Assembly (NCBI RefSeq): GCF_004010195.1
Contig: NC_057720.1
Span: 17,517,558 to 17,581,557, forward strand
From: Chiloscyllium plagiosum
Lineage: Eukaryota
Reading direction: 5' to 3'
DNA length: 64,000 bases
Made by a program: the position numbers and the translations under genes. The notes beneath the pieces were generated by a model. It was given only the letters and a program-made list of their open reading frames with translations. It was not told the origin of the DNA and made no database searches. Each line of letters begins with the position of its first letter. Position 1 is the stretch's first letter. Below, one piece after another: positions 37,936 to 50,734 of this stretch.

Positions 37936-38668
37936 GTCATAGAGTCATAGAGATGTACAGATGGAAATAGACCTTTTGGTCCAACCCGTCCATGCCGACC
38001 AGATATCCCAACCCAATCTAGTCCCACCTGCCAGCACCTGGCCCATATCCCTCCAAACCCTTCCTATTCATATACCCATCCAAATGCCTTTTAAATGTTG
38101 CAATTGTACTAGCTCATTTCATAACACATGTGTGTGAAAACGTTGCCCCAAAGGTCTGTTTTATATCTTCCCCCCCTCACCTTAAACCTATGCCCTCTAG
38201 TTCTGGATTTCCTGACGCCAAGGAAAAGACTTTGCCTATTTATCCTATCTATGCCCCTCATAATTTTGTAAACCTCTATAAGATCACCCCTCAGCTTCCG
38301 ACGCTCCAGGGAAAACAGCCCAGCCTGTTCAGCCTCTCCTTGTAACTCAAATCCTCCAACCCTGGCAACAGCCTTGTAAATCTTTTCTGAACCCTTTCAA
38401 GTTTCACAACATCTTTCCAATAGGAAGGAGACCAGAATTGCACGCAATACTCCAACAGTGGCCTAATCAATGTCCTGTCCAGCGCAACATGACCTCCCAA
38501 CTCCTGTACTCAATACTCTGACCAATAAACGAAAGCATTCCAAATGCCTTCTTCACTATCCTATCTACCTGCGACTCCACTTTCAAGGAGCTATGAACCT
38601 GCACTCCAAGGTCTCTTTGTTCAGCAACACTCCCTAGGACCTTACCATTAAGTGTATACGTCCTGCCC
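37936..38668 (-). mobile_element. CR1/HER1-like LINE 3' fragment
   Basis: LEYCVQFWSPSY.KDVVKLERVQKRFTR; (tagagtca)n tail. Confidence 0.9.
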
Positions 38669-39015
38669 ATCTGTAGAATCCATCTACCAGGCCCGCTGTC
38701 AAGGAAAAGCCACAAAGGCCACCAGCATTCTCAAAGATCCATCCCACCCTGGCAATGTTTTTCTACAACCTCTACCATTGGGGAGAAAGTACAGAAGCCT
38801 GAACACACGCACTAGCTGGTTTTGAAACAGTTTCTACCTACTGTTGTTAGAATACTGAATGGACTCACAAACCCTGTACCTGTGTTTTGGTTTTTGCTGC
38901 TATTTACCTATTATTTACTTATCTATGCTACTTAACTCTGGGATCTGCCTGTATAGCTCGCAAGACAAAGCTTTGCACTGTGCCTCAGTAGGTGTGAAAA
39001 TAAATTCAATTCACT
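38669..39015 (+). mobile_element. Rex1/Babar-type LINE 3' end
   Basis: SILKDPSHPGNVFLQPLPLGRKYRSL; homologous (reverse) to 50880-51075. Confidence 0.75.
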
Positions 39016-39111
39016 TCATTTAAACAGGGACCAGGATAATTCCCAAGTAGGTTCAGAGACAGTGAGGAAAATGCCACAATTAGTTGACACTGGAGGACCT
39101 CCCTTGATAGA

Positions 39112-39475
39112 TAAGGAATCAGAAAATACCTATAATGTGGAAGCAGGCCATTCAGCCCATGAGCCCACACTGATCCCCCCACAAACAGCATCCCACACAA
39201 ACTCACCCCACTACCCTGTTTCTCTAACCCTGCATTTCCCATGGCTAATCCATTTAACCTGCATATCCTTGGATACTATGGACAATTTAGCATGGCCAAT
39301 CCACCTAACCTGCACATCTTTGGACTGCGGGAGGAAACCAGAGCACCCAGAGCAAACCCACGCCGACATGTGGAGTATGTGCAAACTCCACACAGACAGT
39401 CCCCCAAGTGTGGAATCAAACTCGGGTCCCTGGCACTATGAGACAGCAGTGCTAACCACCGAGCCACCAAATCAC
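39112..39475 (-). mobile_element. V-SINE/HE1-type SINE
   Basis: Reverse tRNA head and V-domain; internal tandem duplication of a ~53-bp body segment. Confidence 0.85.
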
Positions 39476-39631
39476 CCAGGAGACTGGAGCCAAGCCCAGT
39501 GAGTGAAAACAGACAAAAAGGTGGTTACACATGCTCAAACTCCAAATTCAGTAAAAGCAACCAAAGCAACTAGACTCAGTTCAGAAGGCTAATTACTGAA
39601 GTTGACAGTTACAAATGGTTCACACTTTCCT

Positions 39632-39730
39632 CATTCCTGAAGAAGGGCTTATGCCCAAAACGTCGATTCTCCTGTTCCTTGGATGCTGCCTGACCTGCTG
39701 CGTTTTTCCAGCAACACATTTTCACCTCTC
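39632..39730 (+). mobile_element. Penelope-like terminal fragment with hammerhead-like motif
   Basis: cctgaagaagggcttatgcccaaaacgtcgattctcc. Confidence 0.75.
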
Positions 39731-40913
39731 TTGTGTTACTTTTTCTCCATGTGGAGAATTTACACTGCATTAACTTGGATTTAAAGCTGTACTATATGAC
39801 AAAGCAGCTCATCCTTCATCCAAAGTCCAGGAAGAAGTCAGGTTTACCAGGTTTAAGCTTTTTATATGCAGTCAGGTATCTGAAAGGACTGATTTCTCCA
39901 CTGGTTTGAAGTCAGTGAAGAAACAGCAGTTGATTCTGGAGCTTAATGAGATGCATACACATGCAGATAGGCTTTTTGACACCTGCAGTCAGGAATACCT
40001 GTGATATGGAGGTGCAAGCATTGGACTGGGGTGGACAAAGTTAAAAATCACACAACACATATCAACAGCTTTCAGGATCAGAAAACCTTACGGCAAATGT
40101 TTATCCCACCAGAGAAATTGCGAATATTTGGCTCATGTCCAAAGAAGTTTCCCATGCCTGCCGTTCTTCTCCCTTACTCTAGGGTTAGATGTCTCCACCT
40201 TCTGGGCTGTGACAATATCTCCCCAACCAGAAGTACAAGTTGGAATATTCCTATGGTTTTGCAGTGGCTCTCTGTAGCTATTGATGCCTAAAGACTAGTG
40301 GCCCTAAATACAGCTACTATCAGACTGTCCCTCTGTGTAGGTAAGCACTAATCAATTCTTCTAACACCTGAGAGAAGATAAGCCTGTGGGGAATAGTGGA
40401 CTGAACCAGCATTTCCAAGCTCCATGGTGTGACAAGTTTTTTTTAAAATCACTGGTACTTTTGTACTTTATTAGAGATTGGCATATAGTGCCATTGCTAG
40501 GAATTAGCAGTGGTTTTGTTCTTTATATTTCTTGTGAATATCCAGGGGATGTGGGAATGCATTCCAGAGCCAGTACAAATGGTAAGTTAAACATTAAAAA
40601 CAAAGTTATACTACTGTGCCAAACTTTATACCACATAGTGCATAAGTTGATTTTTTTGGACTGGCAGATTTGTTCCTGTCAAGAAGGTATGAATAGAAGG
40701 TAAATTGAAAAATAAATCTTTTTGTTTCTGTATTTAAGAATTAGTGTATTATTAACTTTGCAACACCAGCTGAAACAATCATTAGCGGGCCAATTCAAAC
40801 AAATTTAGTTCTCTAGGACCTTGAAAGGAAGCTAAGTGACACCAGTGGTGAGGGGAACAGCAGCCATAAAAATATAAGCAATACAGATGGAGAAAGGAAG
40901 ACTATAATTAATG

Positions 40914-41052
40914 GCTATAATTAGATTCCTGAAGAAGGGCTCATGTCCGAAACGTCGATTCTCCTGTTCCTTGGATGCTGCCTGACCTGCTGCGCTATTC
41001 CAGCAACACATTTTCAGCTCTGATCTCCAGCATCTGCAGTCCTCACTTTCTC
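40914..41052 (+). mobile_element. Penelope-like terminal fragment with 12-bp TSD
   Basis: ctataattaatg at 40902-40913 and 41053-41064; ctgaaga…gaaacgtc motif. Confidence 0.8.
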
Positions 41053-41278
41053 CTATAATTAATGACTGCACACCATAACTGGAATTACTCCAAATATATA
41101 CGGAATTCAATACAAAACCTGGGTCCAAAAATAATTCAAATTGTAATGCAGTACTAAAGGAATAATGAGAAATCAGAGGCTCTGAACTTCAATCTGAACT
41201 GCCAGAACAAAGACACAGGAGCAAGAAACTCCTTTAGCACAATGTGAGACCTGATTTAAAGCTACGTGCCTTCTATTT

Positions 41279-41582
41279 GGGTGGCACGGTGGCACAGTGG
41301 TTAGCACTGCTGCCTCACAGCGCCAGAGACCTGGGTTCAATTCCTGCCTCAGGCGACTGACTGTGTGGAGTTTGCACGTTCTCCCCGTGTCTGCGTGGGT
41401 TTCCTCTGGGTGCTCTGGTTTCCTCCCACAGTCCAAAAATGTGCAGGTTAGGTGAATTGGCCAAACTAAATTGCCCGTAGTGTTAGGTGAGGGGTAAATG
41501 TAGTACAGGTGGGTTGCGCTTCGGCGGGTCGGTGTGGACTTGTTGGGCCAAAGGGCCTGTTTTCACACTGTAAGTAATCTAT
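41279..41582 (+). mobile_element. V-SINE/HE1-type SINE, full length
   Basis: A-box tggcacagtgg, B-box ggttcaattcc, V-domain and CR1 tail. Confidence 0.9.
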
Positions 41583-41834
41583 TTCAAAGGAGGTTTGAGG
41601 TCATGCAAGCCTTGAAAATGTATTTTGCAGGCCCCTGATTCCCTCCTGGACCAGTTTTACACTTGCTGAAATGTAACAAAATAAATGACAGTAACCTTTA
41701 AAAAAGTATTTATACATGATGTAATCAGCCCATGTAATGCCAAATCTTACAAAAGCAAATATGTGTTCGATTCTGAATCACTGCATCTTTGGCTGATAAT
41801 CATTGTTTGGGAGCCTAGTGACGAAAGTGAAGAA

Positions 41835-42181
41835 GGTGAACGTCACATCTCATGGAATACAGGGAGAACTAGCCATTTGGATACACAACTGGCTCGAAGG
41901 TAGAAGACAGAGGGTGGTGGTGGAGGTTTGTTTTTCAGACTGGAGGCCTGTGACCAATGGAGTGCCACAAGGATCAGTGCTGGATCCAGTACTTTTGATC
42001 ATTTATATAAATGATTTGGATGTGAGCATAAGAGGTATCATTAGTAAATGTGCAGATGACACCAAAATTGGAGGTGTAGTGGACAGAGAAGGTTTCCTCA
42101 GCATACAATGGGATCTGGACCAGATGGGCCAATAGGCTGAGGAGTGGCAGATGGAGTTTAATTTAGATAAATATGAGGTGC
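41835..42181 (+). mobile_element. CR1 RT internal fragment
   Basis: WIHNWLEGRRQRVVV…GVPQGSVLDP..LIIYINDLD…SKCADDTK. Confidence 0.85.
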
Positions 42182-42324
42182 TGGAGGCTGGTACAATTAC
42201 TGCATTTTCATTGATTAGCAAATTTAGCAACTGTATCTCCATTCTTTCATCCAATTTTTTCATATAAGTTGTAAACAATTGAGGTACCAGCAGTGATCCC
42301 TGTGGCATATCACTTGTTGCATCT

Positions 42325-44070
42325 TGCCAATCTGACTTGCTATAAATCACGCACTCACTCTACTAAGCACACACACATGCAAACACACTGTCTCATGCGC
42401 ACTCATACACTCACATGCACACACTCACATATAAGTCTACAGAGTGAATTTGCATTTGCAGATACATGCTATTTTTGCACAAAATGCACACAACCTCCAG
42501 GCAGTCAATCCATATAATATTTTATAAATTCCTTCTTTGGAAATAGAAGCAGTCTGACTCAAGATTGTGATACAGACAGACTCTAATCTCACATCTTTAA
42601 TACATTGTCTGAGCTGAGATGTCATTTTTTAAAATAAAACCTTAAGTTATCTCGAGAATATAAGTTAAACGTAGTTCTGGGATTTACATATTAATAAACC
42701 AAAACCTGGAACCCATTCTAAAAGATGAAAGACTTTACAGCAATCTAGAGTCAAGAGTGTGGTGCTGTGAGCCAAGGGGATAGAAAGATAAATGGGAGGT
42801 ATTGGGGCTGGGGGGGAAGGTAGTTGAGAGTGCGGTAGGTTGATGAATATGGGGGTAATGGTAATAGATCGGAGAGGAGGGTGGGGCGGATAGGTGGGAA
42901 GGAAGATGGACAGCTAGGACCCAACACCGACCCCTACGGCACACCATTGGTAACTGGACTCCAGGATGAATATTTCCCATCAACCACCAGCAAGCCAATT
43001 TCAGCAAGCCAATTACTGATCCAAACTGCTATATCTCCCACAATCCCATTCCTCCGCATTTTGTACAATAGCCTACTGTGGGGAACCTTATCGAATGCCT
43101 TGCTGAAATCCATATACACCACATCAACTGGTTTACTCTCATCTACCTGTTTGGTCACCTTCTCAAAGAACTCAATAAGGTTTGTGAGGCACGACCTACC
43201 CTTCACAAAACTGTGCTGACTAACCCTAATCAAATTATTCTTTTCTAGATGATTATAAATCCTNNNNNNNNNNNNNNNNNNNNNNNNNNNNNNNNNNNNN
43301 NNNNNNNNNNNNNNNNNNNNNNNNNNNNNNNNNNNNNNNNNNNNNNNNNNNNNNNNNNNNNNNNNNNNNNNNNNNNNNNNNNNNNNNNNNNNNNNNNNNN
43401 NNNNNNNNNNNNNNNNNNNNNNNNNNNNNNNNNNNNNNNNNNNNNNNNNNNNNCCTGATCCTATCCGCCAACAACTTCTCATGTCTCCTCCTGGCTCTTC
43501 TGAGCTCTCTCTTTAGGTCTTTCCTGGCTACCTTGTAACCCTCAAGCACCCTAACTGAGCCTTCACATCTCATCCTAACGTAAGCCTTCTTCTTCCTCTT
43601 GACCAGAGATTCCACTTCCTTCATAAACCACGGCTCCCACGCTCTACAGCTTCCTCCCTGCCTGACAGATACATACTTACCTAGGACACACAGGAGCTTT
43701 TCCTTGAATAAGCTCCACATTTCTAATGTGCCCATCCCCTGCAGTTTCCTTCCCCATCCTATGCTTCCTAAATCTTGCCTAATCGCATCTAATCTGCCTT
43801 TCCCCCAGCTGTAACTCTTGCCCAGTGGTATACACCTATCCCTTTCTATCACTAAAGTAAACAGTTTGTTCAATATATCATTTTAATTGCTTGACACTGT
43901 GATCTTTTGCTATAAGTTCTGTGTCTTACGATCCTGCCTCACTAGTACCTGATGAAGAAGCAGCTCTCTGAGGGCCAGTACTGCCAAATAAACTGTTGGT
44001 CTATAACCCGATGCTGTGTGATTTTTAACTTTATCCACCCCAGTCCAACACTGGTACCTGCACATCATGG
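42325..44070 (+). mobile_element. Penelope-like 3' region (second family) interrupted by another PLE fragment (~42745-42915) and a CR1
   Basis: The sequence resumes at ~43862 and ends in a decayed ctgatga… hammerhead and ccccagtccaacactgg tail, also seen at 16520-16585 and (reverse) 40003-40040. Confidence 0.55.
42916..43861 (-). mobile_element. CR1 LINE internal fragment with gap (43264-43453)
   Basis: SQHSFVKGRSCLTNLIEFFEKVTK…YMDFSKAFDKVPH; upstream linker region PWFMKEVESLVKRKKKAY. Confidence 0.88.
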
Positions 44071-44499
44071 CTCTCATTAGACAGAAAGAGACAACTGGTG
44101 ATAGTTTAACTTGAGGGTCTGCACACCTCACATGAGGGGAGAGGTTGTGAATGAGAACCCTTCCTGGTAACCTCAGCTGGAGTGGGAATTGAACAGACAC
44201 TGTTGGCAGCATTTCGCAACAGAAACCAATTATCCAGCCAAGTGACCCATGCCTTCGGGACAGGTGCAAAAGCAAAAAGAAAAGCAGCTATAGGGAAGGT
44301 TGAGAATTAAAAACTGCAATTACTGGAACCACTGCAGATTTGGCAGCACCAATGGAGAGAGTTTTTAACTTTGTCCACTCCAGTCCATCAATGGAGAGAA
44401 ATAGAGAGAGAAAGTTGATGCCACCCATACCTGACTCTGACCTGTCTCCTCTTTGGGTTACAAGGCCAGGAGGAGAGCTCACCCAGGGAAGAGGCAGGG

Positions 44500-45030
44500 C
44501 TAACGGGAGAGGGGTCTGATTGGGCAGATGTCCGCACGTGACGTGCAAGATCAACCAATGAGAATAGGGTTTGGCGGGCCGGGACACCCATTGTGACGTC
44601 AGACCGCCGGAGGGGGTTCGATGTTTTTGTCGCCAAAAGGCGCCTAGCAACGGGCGAGGATACAGTGGGCGCGGGAGTTGCTGCTGTGCAGAGGGATACC
44701 CCAGCATTTAGCTACTGCCCCTGTTTAACCTCTCACTGCCCAGCGTTCAGGCAGCCTCGCTGCTGCTGTTGGCAGGTTGTTGCTCACCTCTCGGCATTGC
44801 ATTTTAAATCCCACCTTTAAACGGTGCCTCATTGGGTGCCGGCTTCTTGCATTTTTTTTAAACGAGAGGGAGAGAGAGGTGATAATTTCCCCTACCCAAA
44901 CTCACGGCGCTTCTCGCCGGATGCTCTCGGGCCTCTACCAAAGTTTCCCCGGTCGGGGTTGGCCTAGAGCCCGTGGATATAACCGCGGGCCTCTTTATTT
45001 AAGATTCGTGCGTGTAGTCGAAGGGTTTTA
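44500..45030 (+). promoter_or_regulatory. BTBD8: CpG-rich promoter region, probably of BTBD8 (non-coding first exon)
   Basis: The only clearly CpG-dense non-repeat tract in the window. Contains ATTGG 44519-44523, CACGTG 44535-44540, CCAAT 44555-44559, TTTGGCGG 44570-44577, TGACGTCA 44594-44601 and CCTAGCAAC 44643-44651. About 4.3 kb upstream of the ATG exon. Confidence 0.7.
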
Positions 45031-45529
45031 ACATTTCATTGGCATTCCCGTGAATTCTACCGGAGGTAATGTGAATTCTAGGATGAACTCCTCCTGTTTT
45101 ACACTTGACCCACCCACCCAACTTTGCACTTCAGATGTATGTTGTTTTCTACTTGCAAGCCCTTTCCGTCTCAGCAAAAAAAAAGCCAGCTTGTGTAACA
45201 TTGGGATTGCCATTCTAAATAAGTGGGTCAATCAAATATTATCCAGCTGCAGGGTTTGCTGATCAGATTATGATTGATACTTCAGTGAAGCGTGTATTAG
45301 GTCATTTTATGTTGTATACTGCTTTATATAACGGACAGATACTGAATATTTTCAGCTGTTAAATATTTAAGGCCATTTTTGTTTGCAAATTACTCTGATT
45401 TATAATTTGAAGGTGCTACTTTGCTTAAAATTATTGCTATTCATACTGGTGATCTGAGCGCTGCATTTATAAAGCCGATATAAAATCAGAAAAGGCTGGA
45501 GAAACTCAGCAGATCTAGCAGTGTCTTTG

Positions 45530-47815
45530 GCTGGCCAACATTTATTGCCCATCTTTAGCTGCCCTTGAGAAGGTTGTGATGAAGATCCCTCCATCAACTA
45601 CTGCAGTCCATGTGCTGTAGGTAGATCCACATACCTTTGGGGAGCGAGTTCCAGGATTTAGACTTGACCACAATGAAGGAATGGCAACATATTTCCAAGT
45701 CAGGATGGTGAGTGACTTGGAGGGAAACTTGTGATTGGTGGTGTTCCCATATATTTGTTTCTTTACCCTCCTAAATAGAAATGGTCATGGGTTTGGAAGG
45801 TGTTAATGAAGGATCTTTGATGAATTTCTGCAGTACATCTGATAGTAGTAGCAATGTGGACTGAGCATGTTGGAGGGAGTTGATGCTTATGAATGTGGTG
45901 CCTATCAAGTGGGCTGCTTTGTCCTGGATGGTGTCAGGTTCTTGAGTATTATTAGAGCTGTACCCATCCAGGTAAGTGGGGAGTATTCCATATCACACTT
46001 CTGATTTGTGCATTGTACTTGATGGACAGGCTTTGAGGAGTCAGAAGGTGAGTTACTTGCAATATTTCTAGCCTCTGACCTGCCCTTGTAGGAACTCTTC
46101 AAATGATAAGGCCAGTTGTGTTTCTGGTCACCTTTTAGGATGTTGATAGGGGATTCAGTGATGGTAACACCATTGAATGTCAAGGGATAGTGGTTAGATT
46201 GTCTTTTGTTGGAGGTGGTCATTGCCTGGCATTTGTGTGATGTGAATGTTACTTGCCACGTCAGCCCAAGCCTGGATATTGTCCAGAGATTGTTGCATTT
46301 GAATGTAGACTGCTTCAGTATCTGAGGACTTTAAATGGTGCTGAACATTATCCAATCATTGGTAAACATCCTCCCACCCTCCCTTCCAACTTTATATGGG
46401 GAAGGTCATTGATTAAGCAGCTGAAGGTAGATGGGCCTAGGACACTATCCTGAGGAACTCCTGTAGAAATGTACTGGAGCTGAGATGCCTGACCTCCACC
46501 ATCCTCAGTCATCTTCCTGTGTGCAGGTATCACTCCAACCAGCGGAGACATTTCCCCCGATTCCCACTGATTCCAGTTATGTTAGGGCTCCTTGATGCCA
46601 CTCTCAGTTGAATGCAGCCTTGATGTCAAGGGCTATTGCTCTAATCTCCCCTCCAATATTTGATATTTTTTCCATATTTGAAATAAGGCTGTAATGAGGT
46701 CAGGATCTGAGTTGCTCTGGTGGGACCCAAACTGAATGTCATTGAGCAGGTGCTGCTTGATTGTACAATTGATGACACTTTCCATCACTTTACTGATGAT
46801 GGAGTATAGACTGGGGCAGTAATTGGCCAGGTTTGATTTGTCTTTTTTTTGGTACTGAATCAACCTAGGTAATTTTTCTGCATTGTTGGGCAGATGCCAG
46901 TGTTGTAAATGGAGGAAATGCAAGTTCTGGAGCACGTCTTCAGTACTATTGCTGGAATGTTGTCAGGGCCCATAGCCTTTGCAGTATTCAGTGTTTCCAA
47001 CTGTTCCTTGTTATCACATAGAGTGAATCGAATTGGCTAAAAACTGGCATCTGTGATGCTGGGGACCAATGGAGGAGCCCAAGTTGGACCACTTAGCACT
47101 TTTGGCTGAAGATTGCTGTGACTGCTTTAGCCTTCTCTTTTGCACTGATGTGTTGGCTCTTCCATCATTGATGGGGATATTTTTGGAGTCTCCTCCATCA
47201 GTGAGGTGTTTGATTGCCCCCTGCCATTCATGACTGTATGTGGCAGGACTGCAGAGGGTAGATCTGATTCGTTGGTCATAGGATTGTTTAGACCTGATTA
47301 TCATTTACTGGTTATGCTATTTGGTACTTCACGTGACATCTCATTTTTAGATATCCTGGTGCTGATGCCTCAAATATGCTGCACTCTCCATTGAACCAGG
47401 GTTTGATCACTTGATGTAATGGTTGAGTGGGGAATATGCCCCGTACCATGAGGTTACAGATTGTGATGGAGTTCAATTCTGCTGTTGATGGTCCACAGTG
47501 CCTCATGGATGCCCAGTCTTGAGTTGCTGGATCTCTGTCCCATTTAGCATAGTGATAGTGCCACACAACATGATGGAGGATATTCTCAATGTGAAGACAG
47601 GACCTCATCTCCACTGTGTGGTGATCACTCTTCCTCGTCTATTTCCTATTGTTTCCTCGTCTATTTTTAACTTGAAGCCATGAGACCTTGTCGCTTCTGA
47701 GGTCGATATTGAGGACTCCCAAGGATCTCCCTCTTGACAATATGCCACTGTGCTTGAGTGGTTTGCTAGGCCATTTCAGAGGCCAGTTGAGAGTCAACCC
47801 CATTGCTGTGGCTCT
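45530..47815 (-). mobile_element. Old CR1/L2-group LINE (same family as 3460-7210) with Deu-like sequence at its 5' side
   Basis: Minus ORFs include VWHYHYAKWDR, KKDKSNLANYCP..LYSIISKVMES and GVPQDSVLGPSTFSCLINDLP. Tail sequence is shared with local SINEs. Confidence 0.75.
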
Positions 47816-49017
47816 TAAGGAAAGAGAAGAGAGGTTACTATTTGTTTGTTCTTGTGGCCTCTGACTGCAGCTATTCACTCACTCCCCCCGCCCGCCTGCC
47901 AGCTAATTCAGCTTTTTCACTCCAAATGCTATCAGACCTGCTGAGTTTCTCCAATTTCTATTTTTGTTTCAGATCTTCTTCATCTGCAGTACTTATGTCA
48001 TTCTAATGGTTGAAATTTCATAACTTATACATTGAGAATTAATCCTTCAGCATTATATATGTACTTCCTAGGACATGGGCCATTATACGAATTACATGTC
48101 CACTTTTAATTGCCAATATCACACACAGGAAGTTGCTTTGGCTGTAAATGTACTCAATTGTAATATTTTAAATTCTCAAGACAGTTTCTTTGTTTGGCAG
48201 CTTAGCACCAAATAAATACCAACTGGTGAAACAGTATGAAAGAAAATGTATAACTGTTGAGAGGTTGAGGCAGTAATGCAATGAGTGTTCATGTCCCACT
48301 CCATAGACTTCAGCAAATGAAACGCAGTGTTGATTAAGAACTATCCTGACATGGGCATTGTATTTTGCGTAACCTATTAGACCAAGGCCTTGGCTGCACT
48401 TTAGAGAAGTAAAAGGTCCCACAGCACTTTCTGAAAAATATAGGGGAACCTTTCCTAGTCTCCAGGTCCATATTTATCCCTCCAGCAACAAAGCCCCACT
48501 ACACTTCAAATAGCTGTTGAGTGCTTTGAATTGTCCTGAGTCTGAGATATAGGATTTTTAACTTCAATTTTAATGTTTATATAATACATATCTTGTTTCA
48601 ATTTAACACTTGTATAAAATTAATTTGTGATAAATGGTGGGATCCTGAGGTTGAAATATATTTTGATTTGCTTCCCAACATCAGTTACACCTTAGATATG
48701 AAATCTGAGTAGATGCTATCTTAAATTATTGCATTGCCTTGTATAACTGCACTAATGATTTTAGTGTATACACCAAGTGGATTATTAACATACCACACAT
48801 GGTGTAAAATCAACTTATGGTCCACTGTTTTGGTGAGCTGGTTGGAGCTGGCCAGATCTGGAACATACAGATTTCTTGGCTTAAGAGTAATATGAATTGA
48901 TTTATATATCTTAATTGTTCAATGTTTTTGTTTACTTTTTCCCAACTAGATTTTCTCTGAGATGAGAAAGGAAAAAATACCAACGTAGCCATTAAGAACC
49001 ATAGAAATTGCTTGGAA

Positions 49018-49154
49018 ATGGCAACATGGAACGGAGGAATTGTACAAAGAGTACCAAATCTGGAAGATACCACTGGTTTCCAGGAGAGAGTAAAAAATGA
49101 AAGACAAATATTGAAAGAATCACTGGCTTTGCAGTTAAATCAGGATCTTCTTGG
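49018..49154 (+). CDS. BTBD8: BTB domain containing 8, first coding exon (exon begins ~48950)
   Basis: MATWNGG…GFQERVKNERQILKESLALQLNQDLLG resembles the BTBD8 N-terminus (ERRRLK…QLSQDLL). In-frame upstream TGA at 48958, acceptor ccaactag|48950, and donor GG|gtatga in phase 2, compatible with the next exon. Confidence 0.8.
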
Positions 49155-50167
49155 GTATGAAACATCCTTCCTGTGTTCTTTAGTGAAAGGAATATTTTAT
49201 TTGATAATATTCTTGTTATTCCAAACTGTTATCCTTTACAGAGTTTGGTGATCTGTTTGCGTGTTTCACAATAATATTGATCTCTCTTAGAGGCAAAGTA
49301 CTGATGGCAAAATATTTCATGTCTATCAGACTTTTCTTTTTAAAAGAACACTTTCCTCCACCCTTTTTTCCCTCTGGGTTTCAGAGTTACAATCTGCAGA
49401 TTCGTGTGTCTGTCTATCTAATGTTTATTGTCAAGCAGAACTGCAATCATTTGGAAGCAATTGGCCTCCACTCAACAGAGGCAGTCTAGCTCAAAGAATG
49501 ATTTGTTGATTTCTCCTTTCTTCTGTGATCCATCCTGGACAGTTTATATGAACTTGTCATCCTGCCTATTTCTCAGTCCTCCATTTTTTGTTTTAACCAT
49601 GCATTTTCTGACGTTTTGTCTCATTGCTGCCCTCCAGTCTGTCAATTTTTCACGTTCCCCTTTCTCTGACTGCAATGTGTTTGTTCTTCCTCTTTATTTT
49701 CCTATTCCTGATGAAGGGTTATGATCGAAACATTGCTTCTCGGTTGCTGCCTGACCTGCTGTGCTATTCCAGTGCCACACTCTTCAACTCCTCACTTTCT
49801 CCTACTCTTTTTATTTCATTTGTTCTTGCGCTTCCCTGAAGTTGTTTTAATATCTGTGACAATAAATAGCTGTCCAACAGAGCATTGCTAATTGCAGGCT
49901 ACAGATGGAATATACACTTAAAATATGGGAAATGGAGAGGAGGTATAGTAGAGGCAGTTGCTTTTATGTTGTTCTCAAAATGATGCGGCCATACTGCGAT
50001 ATATGTGGAAAACTAGGTGAAAATCAGAATATCTGTATAAAATCAGGATTGTCTAATTTTAAAAGAAGGAAGAGGAAGCAAGAGTATTGTTAGTCTAAAA
50101 TATAGCTGAGCTGAGCTTCTAAGTATGTACCAATGCTTGGCTTGAACAAGAATATTATCAAATAAAA

Positions 50168-50525
50168 TACGTGGATTGGAAAGGGTGGACACTAAGAAAT
50201 CGTTTCCATTAGGTAAGGAGACTAGGACCCGTGGGCACAGCCTTAGAATTAGAGGGGGTAAATTCAGAACAGAAATGCGGAGACATTTCTTCAGCCAGAG
50301 AGTGGTAGGCCTGTGGAATTCATTGCTGCGGAGTGCAGTGGAGGCCGGGACGCTAAATGGCTTCAAGGCTGAGATTGATAAATTCTTGATGTCACTAGGA
50401 ATTAAGGGCTACGGGGAGAATGCTGGTAAGTGGAGTTGAAATGCCCGTCAGCCATGATTAAATGGCAGAGTGGACTCGATAGGCCGAATGGCCTTACTTT
50501 CCACTCCTATGTCTTGTGGTCTTAA
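50168..50525 (+). mobile_element. CR1 LINE 3' end
   Basis: TRTRGHSLRIRGGKFRTEMRRHFFSQRVVGLWNSL. Confidence 0.85.
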
Positions 50526-50734
50526 TGTTGAGTTCTGAGTGCTGTAGTGATCGTAATAGATCCCAGAGTAAAACCTGGCTTGATAGAGAAGTCCAGATTT
50601 TGCTGTTGGTTACTGTAGTGGTTAGTCATGGAACAAATTCACACTAGATTGCCAGTGGTCTCTTTACAAAAATAAAAAATGATGTACATTAAGGACAATT
50701 TGGAAAGGTATTAAATAGCAAAAAAAAACGGAAT

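Noticed and set aside
44288..45031. Overlapping ORFs in the GC-rich region
   Set aside because: Expected by chance in CpG-rich promoter DNA; no recognisable domains.
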